From NCBI GenBank assembly GCA_048940925.1, contig JBHLOC010000028.1, positions 8,274-72,273 of the forward strand: a DNA stretch of 64,000 nt. Direction: 5' to 3'. Below are positions 40,014-51,498 of the stretch, one piece after another (positions within the stretch are counted from its first letter, which is position 1; each line of letters opens with the position of its first letter). The notes under the pieces are model-generated. The model had not been told where the DNA came from. It did no database searches and saw only the letters and a program-made list of their open reading frames with translations. A program made the translations under genes and the position numbers. The stretch is from Promethearchaeota archaeon. Lineage in GTDB: Archaea > Asgardarchaeota > Lokiarchaeia > Sigyniarchaeales > SOKP01.

Positions 40014-41792
40014 ATGTGTGGTATATGCGGATTTAACTGGGCTAACAAAAGATTACTCAAAAAAATGATTGATATTCTTGAACATAGGGGTCCAGATGAT
40101 TCTGGATATTTTATTGATGACAAAATATCAATAGGTCATACCAGACTTTCAATAATAGATTTATCTGAAAAGGGTAAACAACCAATACATAATGAAAATA
40201 ATTCTATTTGGATCATATTTAATGGAGAAATATATAATTATAAGGATATTAGATTAGATCTGGAAAAACAAGGACATGATTTTTACACAAATACCGATAC
40301 AGAAGTAATCGTGCATGCGTATGAAGAATACAGTTATAATTGTTTAGATCTATTTAATGGACAATTTGCTTTTTGTATATATGATCAAAATAAAAATGAG
40401 ATGTTTCTTGCCAGAGATAGGTTTGGTATTAAGCCTCTCTATTACTTTTTTCAAAATGGAAGATTTGGTTTCGCATCAGAATTAAAAGCGCTACTCCAAC
40501 ATGATATAAAAAAAGAGATCGATAAAGAAGCTCTAAACCAACTCTTTACTTTTAGATATACTATTGCACCAAAAACTATTTTGGAAAATATATACAAGTT
40601 AAAAGCTTCACACTTTATTAGGTTCGACCTAAATACTAATCATTATTCGATTACAAAATATTACATGCTAAAAATTAATAATAGCCTACCCTTTAAAATC
40701 GAAGATCTATCCTCAGAATTATTCAAATTAATAAATGAATCTGTTAGACTAAGAATGATTGCCGATGTTCCTGTATGTTGCTTCTTATCAGGAGGAATAG
40801 ACTCAAGCATACTAACAGGATTAGCATCTTATTATAATTCAAATATTAATACATTTTCTGTAGGTTTTGAAACTTCAAGTGAGTTGAAATATGCTAAACT
40901 CGTATCAGATTATTTTAATACTACACACCATGAATTATTAATTACAACTGAAGATTTTTTTAGAAATTTTAACAATATGATATATTATATGGATGAACCA
41001 ATAGGAGATGCTGCCTTTTTTCCGACATTACTAATCTCCGAATTAGTGAGTAAAAAATTTAAAGTAGTATTAGCAGGGGAAGGGGGAGATGAGATATTTG
41101 GAGGTTATGATAAGTATAAGCTGTTTTATTATGGAAAAAAATTATCACCTTTTTTACCAAAAATGAATTATGGCTCTGATATTTTACAAAGAATATCAAA
41201 ATATTCTAATTCTACTGATAAAGAGGGTTATCTCGAAACTATTCGAGTATTTGATCTCGATGAATTGAAAAAAATGAGTTTAAAAACAGGAGTTTTTAAT
41301 AACTACTGGAGCGACAATGGTAATTTATTTCAAAAAATGCAATTTTTTGACATAAATACCGTTCTATCAGAGGATTTTTTCATGAAAGCTGATAAAATGA
41401 GCTCTGCTTATGGTCTTGAGGAAAGAGTCCCCTATATGGATCATAGAATCGTCTCATTTGGATTAAGTTTGCCTACATATCTTAAACTCTTTCTATGGAA
41501 AGAAAAATATATCTTAAAGAAAACATTCCTTCATTTTTTACCAAAATTAATAACTAAGCGTAAAAAAAGAGGTTATAACGCTCCTATGGACGCTTGGTTT
41601 AAAGGAGTACTTAAAAATAAATTTATTGAACTAATTAATGAAAAAAACCATACTCTTTATAAAAAGAATTTTGCTCTTTCCCTCTTTGATAAAGTGCTTA
41701 AATCTGATAATAACTACACAAAAAACTTCTTGATGCTACAAAAATGTTGGACTATCTTAATTTTTGAAGAATGGTATAAGCAAACCTTCTAA
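40014..41792 (+). CDS. asnB: Asparagine synthase (glutamine-hydrolysing)-like amidotransferase
   Basis: MCGICG, HRGPD, RLSIIDL, NGEIYN, LSGGIDSS and GEGGDE motifs. In this context it is probably a glycan amidotransferase. Confidence 0.93.
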   Translation: MCGICGFNWANKRLLKKMIDILEHRGPDDSGYFIDDKISIGHTRLSIIDLSEKGKQPIHNENNSIWIIFNGEIYNYKDIRLDLEKQGHDFYTNTDTEVIVHAYEEYSYNCLDLFNGQFAFCIYDQNKNEMFLARDRFGIKPLYYFFQNGRFGFASELKALLQHDIKKEIDKEALNQLFTFRYTIAPKTILENIYKLKASHFIRFDLNTNHYSITKYYMLKINNSLPFKIEDLSSELFKLINESVRLRMIADVPVCCFLSGGIDSSILTGLASYYNSNINTFSVGFETSSELKYAKLVSDYFNTTHHELLITTEDFFRNFNNMIYYMDEPIGDAAFFPTLLISELVSKKFKVVLAGEGGDEIFGGYDKYKLFYYGKKLSPFLPKMNYGSDILQRISKYSNSTDKEGYLETIRVFDLDELKKMSLKTGVFNNYWSDNGNLFQKMQFFDINTVLSEDFFMKADKMSSAYGLEERVPYMDHRIVSFGLSLPTYLKLFLWKEKYILKKTFLHFLPKLITKRKKRGYNAPMDAWFKGVLKNKFIELINEKNHTLYKKNFALSLFDKVLKSDNNYTKNFLMLQKCWTILIFEEWYKQTF

Positions 41793-41892
41793 AAGCAATT
41801 CTCTGATAAGAACACCGACTTTCTGGGTTCTAATATAGATTAATATTTTATAAAAAATTATTACTTTAAACTACCTAACATTAATACTCACA

Positions 41893-43044
41893 ATGAAAAT
41901 CTTACGAGTAATTTCATTTCCTCCTGAATATATTGGAGGATTACCCTTGTATGGTAAAAATATATCGCTAAATTTAGCTCAAAAAAAAAATGTAGAATGT
42001 GACATTTTAACTTCAGATATATTAAATACCAAGAAAAAAATTGAATATTTAGATCCAAAAGTGAGGATTATATATAAAAAATGTTTCTCGTTTATTGGTC
42101 AAAAGAATCCCTTAGTAAATTTTATCCCTTTTATCAAAAGAAATCATAATAATTATGATATTATTCACGCTCATGGTTATTATTATTTTTCTACTCTGCA
42201 ATGTGCATTTTTAAAGCGATTATTAAAATATCCTTTTATCTTGCATATTCATGGTGGAATTCAAACACCTTATTCTCCAGTTTCTGATTTTTATGAAAAT
42301 ATTCAATTAATTTTTAAAGAAAATATATTTGACCGATTGATCGGGAGAGTAGCTATTCGATCAGCTGACATTTTAATCTCGGTTGCTAAAAAAGATTTGG
42401 AAATTATTCGAAAAGTGTATAATGTAAGTGAAAAATTAAGTTTTCATATCCCTAATGGAGTTAATATAAATAAGTTCAAAAAAAATAACAAGATCGAAAG
42501 AAGGTATATAACACTCATAGCCACAAGACTTACTTATATCAAAGGCGTTGATATTTTTATTAAAATAATTAAAGAACTTTATAACAAAAACAGAAGTTTG
42601 AAATTTTTAATTTTAGGCGACGGACCGTTAAAAGATCTTGTTTTACAAGCTAAAAAAAGCCTTCCGATTAAATTTTATCCTACATATCCATACGATAAAA
42701 TTCAGGATATTTATAATATGAGTAAGTTATTACTTATTACTTCTCGAACTGAGGGTGTACCAAATACGATTTATGAAAGTTTTGCCTGTGAAACTCCAGT
42801 TATTTCCTCAAATGTGGGAGGAGTCTCTAGTGTGATTAAACCAAATGTAAATGGATATTTATATAATATAAAAAAGTTAAATAATATCGCTAATTTAATC
42901 TTAGATCTTATAAATGATGAAAAAAAAATTCAAAGATTAGGTGAAAATGGAAGAAAATTAATAGAAAAAGAATATTCTTGGGAAATAATCACAGAAAAAC
43001 TTTATAAAATATACCAAAAAATAAAATTTAATAAAATTATTTGA
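41893..43044 (+). CDS. Glycosyltransferase family 4
   Basis: PNGV, KG, GDGP and SRTEGVPNTIYESFACETPV motifs. Confidence 0.92.
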   Translation: MKILRVISFPPEYIGGLPLYGKNISLNLAQKKNVECDILTSDILNTKKKIEYLDPKVRIIYKKCFSFIGQKNPLVNFIPFIKRNHNNYDIIHAHGYYYFSTLQCAFLKRLLKYPFILHIHGGIQTPYSPVSDFYENIQLIFKENIFDRLIGRVAIRSADILISVAKKDLEIIRKVYNVSEKLSFHIPNGVNINKFKKNNKIERRYITLIATRLTYIKGVDIFIKIIKELYNKNRSLKFLILGDGPLKDLVLQAKKSLPIKFYPTYPYDKIQDIYNMSKLLLITSRTEGVPNTIYESFACETPVISSNVGGVSSVIKPNVNGYLYNIKKLNNIANLILDLINDEKKIQRLGENGRKLIEKEYSWEIITEKLYKIYQKIKFNKII

Positions 43045-43089
43045 TTAATTATTTAAGCAAATAATTGATTGTTTAGTTAGAAAAATCCT

Positions 43090-45141
43090 TTGAAATATAG
43101 AACTATTTTTTCCAATTCAGTAGCGATTATTTTTTTATTAGCTATTTTTTTAATGAATTTCATAAATTTAAATAAATTTTTAAAACCAGATGAATCTTAT
43201 ATCAACCCTTTTTCATATCAAAAAGAAATGCTTAGCTTTAGAAATAAAGACCTAAATTTAAAACATTCCACTACCAGCGAATCTAATCTCGAAGAAGAAG
43301 CTCAATATATAAGAGATCATGCGGGAGTTCCGGTCAATGAAACTGTTGGAATAATGAATAATAAAGAATCAGGTTTTAAAGGACATTTAGAAGAAGCCTA
43401 TCGCATTGAAATATTGTCTTATGAAGATGCTAAATCGATAGCTTCTTCTGGTTCTGGTGCTGCTGAAGATCCATTTATAATAGAAGGAAAAAGGTTTAAT
43501 AATTCAGAAAATTCATTTGAATCTGCTGGAATTTACATTAATGATCCAGATGGTAATTACTTTATCAATATTAATAACTGTGAAATATATGGGTATCAAG
43601 ATGAGCAGATCTATCTTAACCTTGGAGCCAAAATGTCGATATCGAATAGCAAAATCTATTCGAAGGGATTCGGGATTGTACAAAAAGGAGGTGATCTTGA
43701 AATTTTGGAAACTCACTTTTCAGGTTTAGAAAAAGGTGGTATTTTGGCATCTTCCGATCAAAAAAGTAAACTAATTATTATGAATTCCTTATTTGATAGT
43801 GAGTCTAATGAGTGGGGTATATCAAGCAAAGGTATTTATACTGATGGTACTGGGTTGGTAAATATATCTTTTAGCACTGTTAAAAATGCAAATTCTCTGG
43901 AATTTATATATATCTATAAATCTAGTAAGTTGATCTTTAGTAACTGTTATATAGATAATATTTCAAAGGCATTATTTCGAGGTAATAAAGCAGAGGGTTT
44001 TATTTCAAAGGATTCTATTATAAAATATCTTCAGATTTCCAATACATCCCATAATTCTATATATTTACAAGGTGAATCGGATTTAGAAATTTCTTTCTGT
44101 ACTATTAAAAATAGTGCTCCTGATAAGAGATTAATCTTAATCTTGAATTCAAATAATGAATTCCCTCATGATATTGTAATACATCATTGTAAATTTACTG
44201 ATTCAATTGGCTCAGGAAAACCAGGTAATGAATGTCTAGAAGTATTTTATGGAAAAAATATCGAATTCCATCATAATTGGGTTACAGAATGTACAGAAGA
44301 TGCATATGAGTTGGTTTCTCCTCAAATAGGCTGTTCTATTCATGAAAATGTAGGTGACAACGTACAAAAACAAATAGTGGATATATATCAAGCATTTGGT
44401 AATGAAAAGGAATTTGATTCTCATGGGGGATATGTTGGAACCTATATTCATCATATTTATGGGAATAGTTTCAGAGATTGTGCCGTGAGAATTACAGATG
44501 CCGATGGATTACTAATCCATGATATCTATGCTTCCTGTGGTGCCTTATACTCAGTTATTTTAGAGCAGAGATATGGTAACAATAGTAAAACTCCCGCTAA
44601 TTGTATTATTTTAGATCCTATCATCAATTATGCACCTAATGGCTCAAAGTTAGGTTTAGAAGGATCTATAGGTCCTGGAAATATTTTTCTTACATTTTCA
44701 TTTGGAGAAGAGGATATTAAAATAAAAAATGATCTAATTTTTATAAAAAGAAAAGCATTCGGAGTAACAACAAATAATTCCCTTCTCACAAATATCTCTA
44801 TTTTAAAGTTTTTAAATTATTGGGACACTTTTAAAGAATCTGTTATTGAATGGATTGAATTTAGTGATAATGAAGCATATGTTGAATATAAGGTATATAC
44901 TGGTTTGTCAAATTCTGTCTTTCAATTAGAGCAACAAATTAATAATACTTGGAAAAAAATTAAAACATTTCAGGTAAGAAATAATGGATATTTAATATAT
45001 TCAAATTGTGGATATGATGATGTCATTCTTCGATTAATATTATTAGAACTTTCATTACATTTTTTCAATACTGAATTATATTTCTTACTGATAATCTTAA
45101 TCATTCTACTTTTCTTTTTAATTATACAAGAAAAGAATTAA
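43090..45141 (+). CDS. Membrane-anchored exported protein with right-handed beta-helix repeats
   Basis: N-terminal signal/TM, GSGAAEDPFIIEG cap motif, repeated I.NC.I / I.HN strands, and a C-terminal TM helix. Confidence 0.75.
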   Translation: MKYRTIFSNSVAIIFLLAIFLMNFINLNKFLKPDESYINPFSYQKEMLSFRNKDLNLKHSTTSESNLEEEAQYIRDHAGVPVNETVGIMNNKESGFKGHLEEAYRIEILSYEDAKSIASSGSGAAEDPFIIEGKRFNNSENSFESAGIYINDPDGNYFININNCEIYGYQDEQIYLNLGAKMSISNSKIYSKGFGIVQKGGDLEILETHFSGLEKGGILASSDQKSKLIIMNSLFDSESNEWGISSKGIYTDGTGLVNISFSTVKNANSLEFIYIYKSSKLIFSNCYIDNISKALFRGNKAEGFISKDSIIKYLQISNTSHNSIYLQGESDLEISFCTIKNSAPDKRLILILNSNNEFPHDIVIHHCKFTDSIGSGKPGNECLEVFYGKNIEFHHNWVTECTEDAYELVSPQIGCSIHENVGDNVQKQIVDIYQAFGNEKEFDSHGGYVGTYIHHIYGNSFRDCAVRITDADGLLIHDIYASCGALYSVILEQRYGNNSKTPANCIILDPIINYAPNGSKLGLEGSIGPGNIFLTFSFGEEDIKIKNDLIFIKRKAFGVTTNNSLLTNISILKFLNYWDTFKESVIEWIEFSDNEAYVEYKVYTGLSNSVFQLEQQINNTWKKIKTFQVRNNGYLIYSNCGYDDVILRLILLELSLHFFNTELYFLLIILIILLFFLIIQEKN

Positions 45142-45303
45142 TTCTAATTTCGAATTTAATACACCAACTTTTTTAAAAAAAAATTAATTGAAGGTTAAGT
45201 AACTCCTCTAAATGTTCTTACAAAATTATATAGAAAAATATATATTCATAATTATACAGAAAACATTAAATTGAGTTTAAGAAAAAAATATACAGCATTT
45301 TGA

Positions 45304-45717
45304 AAAAAAAACATATATATTCTGCATTAACCTTTCATAACGACGTTTATTTTCATTTTTATTGTTCTTTATTTTACATTTTTTGCTGCATTGTATATTT
45401 ATCCTAACGGATATTAAAACCAGACCTCTCCTATTATGTATATTGGCTTTTTAATTATCATTTTATCATTTTTTTTGTTTTTCTTTGTAAATTTAGAAAA
45501 AGAACATAAAAAATTTGTTAAAATTAAATTTTTATCTGAAAGCAGTCTAAAGATCCTTATTCTAAGAATAATTATTATCTCTTTTTTTATTCCTCCTTTA
45601 TCATTCTCTCCTATTATAATCATCTGGGAAAAAGTCAGTCTAATAAACTATTTTATAGCTATTAGTTTTATAATTGGTTTTGCATTTTTACCAGAGCTAT
45701 GCATTTATCCATTGTAA
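45304..45717 (+). pseudogene. Truncated, stop-interrupted paralog of the 51499 membrane protein N-terminus
   Basis: YIYPNGY*NQTSPIMYIGF...IKFLSE...WEKVSLINYF...IIGFAFLPE aligns with YITPNGLQFQNSFIMFIGF...VKFISE...WQEIGFLNYF...IIGSAFLPG. In-frame TAA at 45415 and an early end. Confidence 0.75.
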
Positions 45718-45884
45718 TCTTTTACTCCTTTAGGAGAACCAGTTTACAACCCGATAAGGATAATTAATTTAATATGAATGCTTTAAAAAATAAATACTTA
45801 AATTATACGATTTTATATAATGAAGTTCATCCTGAAGTGCATTCTAATGTGAATCCATAATTCTTTCATTAAAAATTTATCTGA

Positions 45885-47060
45885 TTATGTTATTCTCATT
45901 AATAAAAATTTATAAAGTGCTTTTGTAACAATGTCAACATCATATTTCTCTAAAATTCTTTTTTTTGCAGTATTTTTCATTAATTCAATTGATTCACTGT
46001 TTTTTTTAAAAAATAAAAGTTGCTTTAATAAATCATCCTCACGAAAAGGATTAAATAATAAACCTGTCTTCTTATGATCTATTATATCTTTGATCCCAGA
46101 TACATTTGAAGCAATAACAAAAGTGTTTGTTAAAATTGATTCTAAAATTATATTTGGAACTCCTTCTCCAAAGGTAGGATGAATTAAAACATTAATTCTA
46201 GAGTAAATATGTGACTTATCCTTTTCAAAACCTAATGCTATAATACTATTAGTTAATTTGTGTTCTCTAATGAAATTTTTAATAAATTTTTTCTCTGGTC
46301 CTTCCCCAAAAAAATATAATTTATCATTTGGATAATAGTTTAAATAGTTTTTAAATGACCTTAGTAAAAATCTAAGGTTTTTGGTTTCTAGCAACCTCCC
46401 AATATACCCAAAATTGGTTTGTTCTTCTATATTTTTTTCAATTTTTAAAAATCTCTTGCTTTCAATTCCATTGGGTAATTTAATAATATTTGCCTTAGAT
46501 ATACCTGATTTAATGAAATCATCATAAATCTTGTCATTAATGGCTTGGATATATACGTCTTTCATTCTTATTATTATTTTCTTAAAGAATTTCATCCAAC
46601 CATAGTAAAACAATTTGACAAATATCGATTGCGAACTAAACACAAATTCTTCTCTTTGATGTGTGTTAAAATCACTAGGTGCTTTAATAAATAGAGGTAT
46701 TTTAAAAATTAATCTTACGATTAGGGGACTAATCATATTATAATAATAAGAATGAATATTTATGGCATGAATGTGGTTTATTTTATGGAGATGGACTACT
46801 TTAAAAATACTTTTCAAAAAAAAGTAAACCTCATCTAATTTTCTCTCCTTAAATTTTTGAATTGAAACTTTCTTAACTTTATTCGTTTGAGGAATATATT
46901 CAGAGTATTTTGTAACTAGAAAAATATTCAAATTATCAATTTTTTCATAAGAAGGTAAAAGTTGTAAGATTTGGTTTGCGACTCCTCCAACAGACAGATT
47001 TAATGCTTTATTCTCGTGAGTATTGGAGACGATTATGCATAAATTTATTAAGATCACCAT
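45885..47060 (-). CDS. Glycosyltransferase family 4
   Basis: GGVA, PNGI, GRL..KN and PTFGEGVPNIILES motifs. Confidence 0.9.
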   Translation of the reverse strand: MVILINLCIIVSNTHENKALNLSVGGVANQILQLLPSYEKIDNLNIFLVTKYSEYIPQTNKVKKVSIQKFKERKLDEVYFFLKSIFKVVHLHKINHIHAINIHSYYYNMISPLIVRLIFKIPLFIKAPSDFNTHQREEFVFSSQSIFVKLFYYGWMKFFKKIIIRMKDVYIQAINDKIYDDFIKSGISKANIIKLPNGIESKRFLKIEKNIEEQTNFGYIGRLLETKNLRFLLRSFKNYLNYYPNDKLYFFGEGPEKKFIKNFIREHKLTNSIIALGFEKDKSHIYSRINVLIHPTFGEGVPNIILESILTNTFVIASNVSGIKDIIDHKKTGLLFNPFREDDLLKQLLFFKKNSESIELMKNTAKKRILEKYDVDIVTKALYKFLLMRIT

Positions 47061-47334
47061 AAATTTTGAGTCTTATTTTAAATACAAAGAATTTCTCAAT
47101 TCTTATAAAATTTCATTCGATTATTTTTAGAAATGTTTCTAAAGTCCAAAACCATTAGATTTTAGGATTGAAAGCAATTTGAAGATTGATTTTATAATAA
47201 GTTATATAAATGAATTTTTTGCGTAATTATCTTTTTTAGAAATTGCTATTGGAATTTCTACTTAATCAAAAGAAATTAAATATATTAAGTATATAATATA
47301 ATATTTCATACTGATTTCTGGATGTTAAAGAAAG

Positions 47335-48333
47335 TTGAATAATAAATTAGTTAGTGTAATCATCCCTACTTATAACCGTAGTAGTTTTATTAAAGAAACA
47401 ATAAATTCTGTTATAAATCAAACTTATCAGAATTTTGAAATTTTAATTATTGATGATGGTTCAACAGATAATACAAAAGACATTGTTCTCTCTTTTAATG
47501 ACCAGAGAATTCAATACATATACCAAGAACATAGTGGATTCCCAGCTGTAGTAAGAAATACTGGAATGAAAATTGCTAAAGGGGAATATATAGCTTTTCT
47601 TGACTCTGATGATTTATGGTTTCCCCAAAAATTAGAGAAACAAATTAAATTATTTGAAAAATATCCCAGTAAATTACTAATATCTACAAATGGAATAATT
47701 TTTCCAGCAAAACCCTATATAAAGTTTTTAGATTTCAAAAAAGATAAAATAATTTCATTAAATGAATTATTGAGAAAAAATATTATCATTAATTCAAGTG
47801 TATTAATAAAAAGGTCTATTATTAATGAAATAGGTTTTCTAGATGAGAATTCAATTCTAAAATCTGGGCAAGATTATGACTATTGGTTAAGATTATTAAA
47901 ACATAAAGAAAACTCAATATTAGTTTTAAAAGATATTTTAGTAAAATATCGAGACCATGAAAGCTTTAAAATTAGCACAAATAAAGATCCTAAACATTTT
48001 TTAAAGAAATATAGAAAGAAAAAGTATATTTATAATAAATATACTAACTTCAATAAAAAATATATAAAAAGCTTATTAAGAGAACTATTATATCAATATA
48101 AAGTCTCGAGAATAAAAATTGAACTGTTTAAGAAAGAAATTAGTTTATTCGGTTTTTTGAAGGAAAAAAGTCTAAAAGTTGATGATAAATTACTAATAAT
48201 GTTTGAATTTCTTTATAAAAGGCTTAAATTTGATGAATTTGCAGAAAAATCAAACTTTTTGAAAGGTTGTATTAATTTCATCAAATTTACATTATATAAA
48301 CAGGTTAAGTTAAATCGTTTTCTTATTTTTTAA
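47335..48333 (+). CDS. Glycosyltransferase family 2
   Basis: SVIIPTYNR, IDDGSTD, AFLDSDD and QDYDYW motifs. Confidence 0.93.
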   Translation: MNNKLVSVIIPTYNRSSFIKETINSVINQTYQNFEILIIDDGSTDNTKDIVLSFNDQRIQYIYQEHSGFPAVVRNTGMKIAKGEYIAFLDSDDLWFPQKLEKQIKLFEKYPSKLLISTNGIIFPAKPYIKFLDFKKDKIISLNELLRKNIIINSSVLIKRSIINEIGFLDENSILKSGQDYDYWLRLLKHKENSILVLKDILVKYRDHESFKISTNKDPKHFLKKYRKKKYIYNKYTNFNKKYIKSLLRELLYQYKVSRIKIELFKKEISLFGFLKEKSLKVDDKLLIMFEFLYKRLKFDEFAEKSNFLKGCINFIKFTLYKQVKLNRFLIF

Positions 48334-48507
48334 TGTAATATAACTAAAAGATATATTACTTCAGAGAATATAGATTGTAATAATAATAATTATCTTTCTT
48401 TTTTAGGAATTTGAAATTTAAATTTTATTATTTTTAATAAATTCTTTATAATCATTATGATTTTAAATTCTATTAAAAGGAAATATTAATTCTGCCTATT
48501 TTAAAAT

Positions 48508-50007
48508 ATGAAAAAAAATACAGTAAAAGAAGTAATTACAAAGATTTTCAAACCTCATGATATATTGTCTCAACAAATGATAAGTGGGGGTGTTTTGTTA
48601 TTCATAGGAAAAATTATTGAATTAATTTTATCCTTTTTAACTTTAATCATTGCTGGAAGAATTCTAAATCCATTAGCTTTTGGATTAGTTGGGATAGCTT
48701 ATTTAATGATTGACATCCTTAATACATTTACTCAATTTGGATTTAAACAGGCATTGATCCAGAGAAAAGATATATCGACATATATGAATTCTGCTTGGAC
48801 CTTATCCATTTTAAGGGCATGTATATTATATGCAATCATGTTTTTTATAGCACCTTTAGTATCGTTAATTACCAATGAACCTGAAGTAAAATTTATAATT
48901 CAAATTCTTAGTTTATCTATCCTTATAGATTCTTTTTCTAACATCTATCTGGTTTATTTTGTTAAAGAATTAGAATTTAAGAAATACTTTTATTTTACTA
49001 TATCTACAACCATTGGTAATTTCGTTTTTACAGTCATTTTTGTAATAGTATTACAGAACGTTTGGGGGATTGTTATTGGAAAATTGCTAGGAGAATTCGT
49101 TAAAGTAATTATCAGTTATTTAGTCATTACAAAAAATAGACCAAAATTTTCATTAAATTGGAGAAAAATAAATGAATTATTTCAATTTGGCAAGTGGTTG
49201 TTAGGTTCAGTCATTCTTATTTTCTTTATTACTCAAGGAGATGATATATTCGTAGGATTAGTTCTTGGAGCAACAGCATTAGGTTTATATCAAATGGCTT
49301 ATAAATTTTCAAATTTGCCTGCAACAATGATCACTCATGCTATCACTGGTGCATCGTATCCTACTTATTCAAAATTACAAGACGACCAGATAAAATTAAG
49401 AAATTATTATCTTGGTATCCTTAAAATCACCTTATTTTTTGCATTTCCATTTGCTGGTTTGTTATTTATCATTTCACCTGAATTCATAACTCTATTTTTA
49501 GGTAATAAATGGCTAGCAGTAATTCCTATTATGCAAATTCTATGTATCTTTGGAGCTTTACGTTCAATAAACGCAACAACAGGACCACTTTTTCAAGCCG
49601 TAGGTAAACCAGAAATTTTAACAAAGGTCTCAGCAATTCAATTAATATTTCTTGGTATCATAATCATTCCTATGGGGATAATATATGGATTAATTGGGAT
49701 CTCATTGGCTGTAACTATTTCAAATTTTGTAAACTTATATTTTGCCATTAGAGAAGTAAGTAAAATTATAGATTTAAAAGCAAGATCTATTATTTTAAAA
49801 ATTCTACCTTTTATATTATCTATCATATTTACAATTTTTATTATTTACATAATCAAATTAATTATTTTAAACCACTTTGAACCTTGGTTAAATCTAATAA
49901 TTTCGATTTGTGCAGGTTCAGTTATATATTTGCTAATTGTTAAAATCACAGGATTTTCCATTTTTGAATATTTATATACTTTTTTTACTCAGGATGGTAA
50001 TATCTAA
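48508..50007 (+). CDS. WzxC-like polysaccharide flippase
   Basis: RILNPLAFGL, ALIQRK, FGKW, LGLYQMAY and LGNKW motifs; about 12-14 TM helices. Confidence 0.9.
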   Translation: MKKNTVKEVITKIFKPHDILSQQMISGGVLLFIGKIIELILSFLTLIIAGRILNPLAFGLVGIAYLMIDILNTFTQFGFKQALIQRKDISTYMNSAWTLSILRACILYAIMFFIAPLVSLITNEPEVKFIIQILSLSILIDSFSNIYLVYFVKELEFKKYFYFTISTTIGNFVFTVIFVIVLQNVWGIVIGKLLGEFVKVIISYLVITKNRPKFSLNWRKINELFQFGKWLLGSVILIFFITQGDDIFVGLVLGATALGLYQMAYKFSNLPATMITHAITGASYPTYSKLQDDQIKLRNYYLGILKITLFFAFPFAGLLFIISPEFITLFLGNKWLAVIPIMQILCIFGALRSINATTGPLFQAVGKPEILTKVSAIQLIFLGIIIIPMGIIYGLIGISLAVTISNFVNLYFAIREVSKIIDLKARSIILKILPFILSIIFTIFIIYIIKLIILNHFEPWLNLIISICAGSVIYLLIVKITGFSIFEYLYTFFTQDGNI

Positions 50008-50040
50008 TAATATTAGAAATAGAAATATTAAAATAAAAAA

Positions 50041-51255
50041 TTACAAAAGATTCTCATAGTACTTTAATAGTTTCCTATTCAAATTTTTAATCCCAAAATT
50101 GTTTATAATGAATTTCTGACCGTTAAGACCCATATCTCTAATTTTTTGTCGATTAAAAATTAGCATCTCTAGTTTTTCTACAATTGCCTCTGTGTCTCTT
50201 TCAGGTACAAGATACCCAGATATACTATCGTTAACAATCTCCGGGATACCAGAATGTTTAGTTGAAATAACTGGTAAGCCCATTGATTGTGCCTCCAATA
50301 AAACTGTTGGCGTACCCTCTTGATTTCCTTCTTTTGTTGTAATACTAGGCAAAATAAAAATATCACTGACTTTATACAAGTTAATTATTTCATTACGGTT
50401 TAAAGCACCAGTCAATATCACCTTCTCATTTAAATGTAATTTTTGAATTAAGTGTTTCAAATCAAGAAATAAAGGACCATCCCCTACTATTCTATAAATT
50501 GTTTTGGGTGCTTTTATTTTAAGTTTTGAAATTGCTCTTATACTGTATTCAAATCCTTTTTTCTCCACGAATCTTCCAATGGATAACAAATTTATTTCCG
50601 AGTTTATAGATTTAGATTTCAAATCAAAATTGAATTTATCCAAATCGATACCTAAATGATGGACAATTAATTTCCTCTCATCACATCCAAGATTCATTAA
50701 AATTTTTTTAAAATAGCTACAAATTGAAATAAATAAAGAACCTACTTTAAATAAATCATAATAAATATTCTTTCCATGTTCTTTTATCCAAGATGTTAGA
50801 TCAAAACCATAGAATGAGGTAATTAACTTTCCATTTATTCCTATTTCTTTTAAAAACGCTCCTAATATACCAATATTACCAAAATGACAATGAATAATAT
50901 CATAGTTTTTTTTTAAAAATAAGATTGCTAAAGACAGTTTGGATAAAAATAACTTATCTTTTCTAATTATTAAAATCTTTATTGCTTTCAAAATCTTTTT
51001 GGGATCTTTGTAAAACCTAGTAAAAATTAAATAGATTACTCTTAATATGCGGGAAAAAAGAGATGAACCTGAAAAATAAGTTGTTCTATTTATTAAATTA
51101 TATTTTATAACATCTGGTTGGATTAATTTTTCTTGTTGGTTAAGTCCCGCATAAATATCCAATTCATGCCCAAAATCTAGTATGCCTGTAATTTGATTTA
51201 AAATAAAAGTTTGAGAATAGACAGGAAAAGCACTTAAAATAATAGCAATCTTCAA
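50041..51255 (-). CDS. Glycosyltransferase family 4 (WcaL/AmsK-like)
   Basis: FPVYSQTFILNQI, HCHFG, GRFVEKKG and QEGTPTVLLEA motifs. Confidence 0.9.
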   Translation of the reverse strand: MKIAIILSAFPVYSQTFILNQITGILDFGHELDIYAGLNQQEKLIQPDVIKYNLINRTTYFSGSSLFSRILRVIYLIFTRFYKDPKKILKAIKILIIRKDKLFLSKLSLAILFLKKNYDIIHCHFGNIGILGAFLKEIGINGKLITSFYGFDLTSWIKEHGKNIYYDLFKVGSLFISICSYFKKILMNLGCDERKLIVHHLGIDLDKFNFDLKSKSINSEINLLSIGRFVEKKGFEYSIRAISKLKIKAPKTIYRIVGDGPLFLDLKHLIQKLHLNEKVILTGALNRNEIINLYKVSDIFILPSITTKEGNQEGTPTVLLEAQSMGLPVISTKHSGIPEIVNDSISGYLVPERDTEAIVEKLEMLIFNRQKIRDMGLNGQKFIINNFGIKNLNRKLLKYYENLL

Positions 51256-51498
51256 GGTAAAATTATTCCTCCCAACCTTTAGTATTTTGCTTATTAGTTT
51301 ACTAAATTATTGTTTAAAAATATTTTAGACAAAAATTTTGTCAAATACTTAGAAATTTTCTAAAATCTAAATAATTTAATTAATTAAAATAACTTTATCA
51401 TCAACATTATTTCAAAAAAATTTAAAAGATGATAAAAATCTTTCATTATTAATAAAACCATTTGGTAATATTTCCAACACTCATAGGTATTAATTTCT

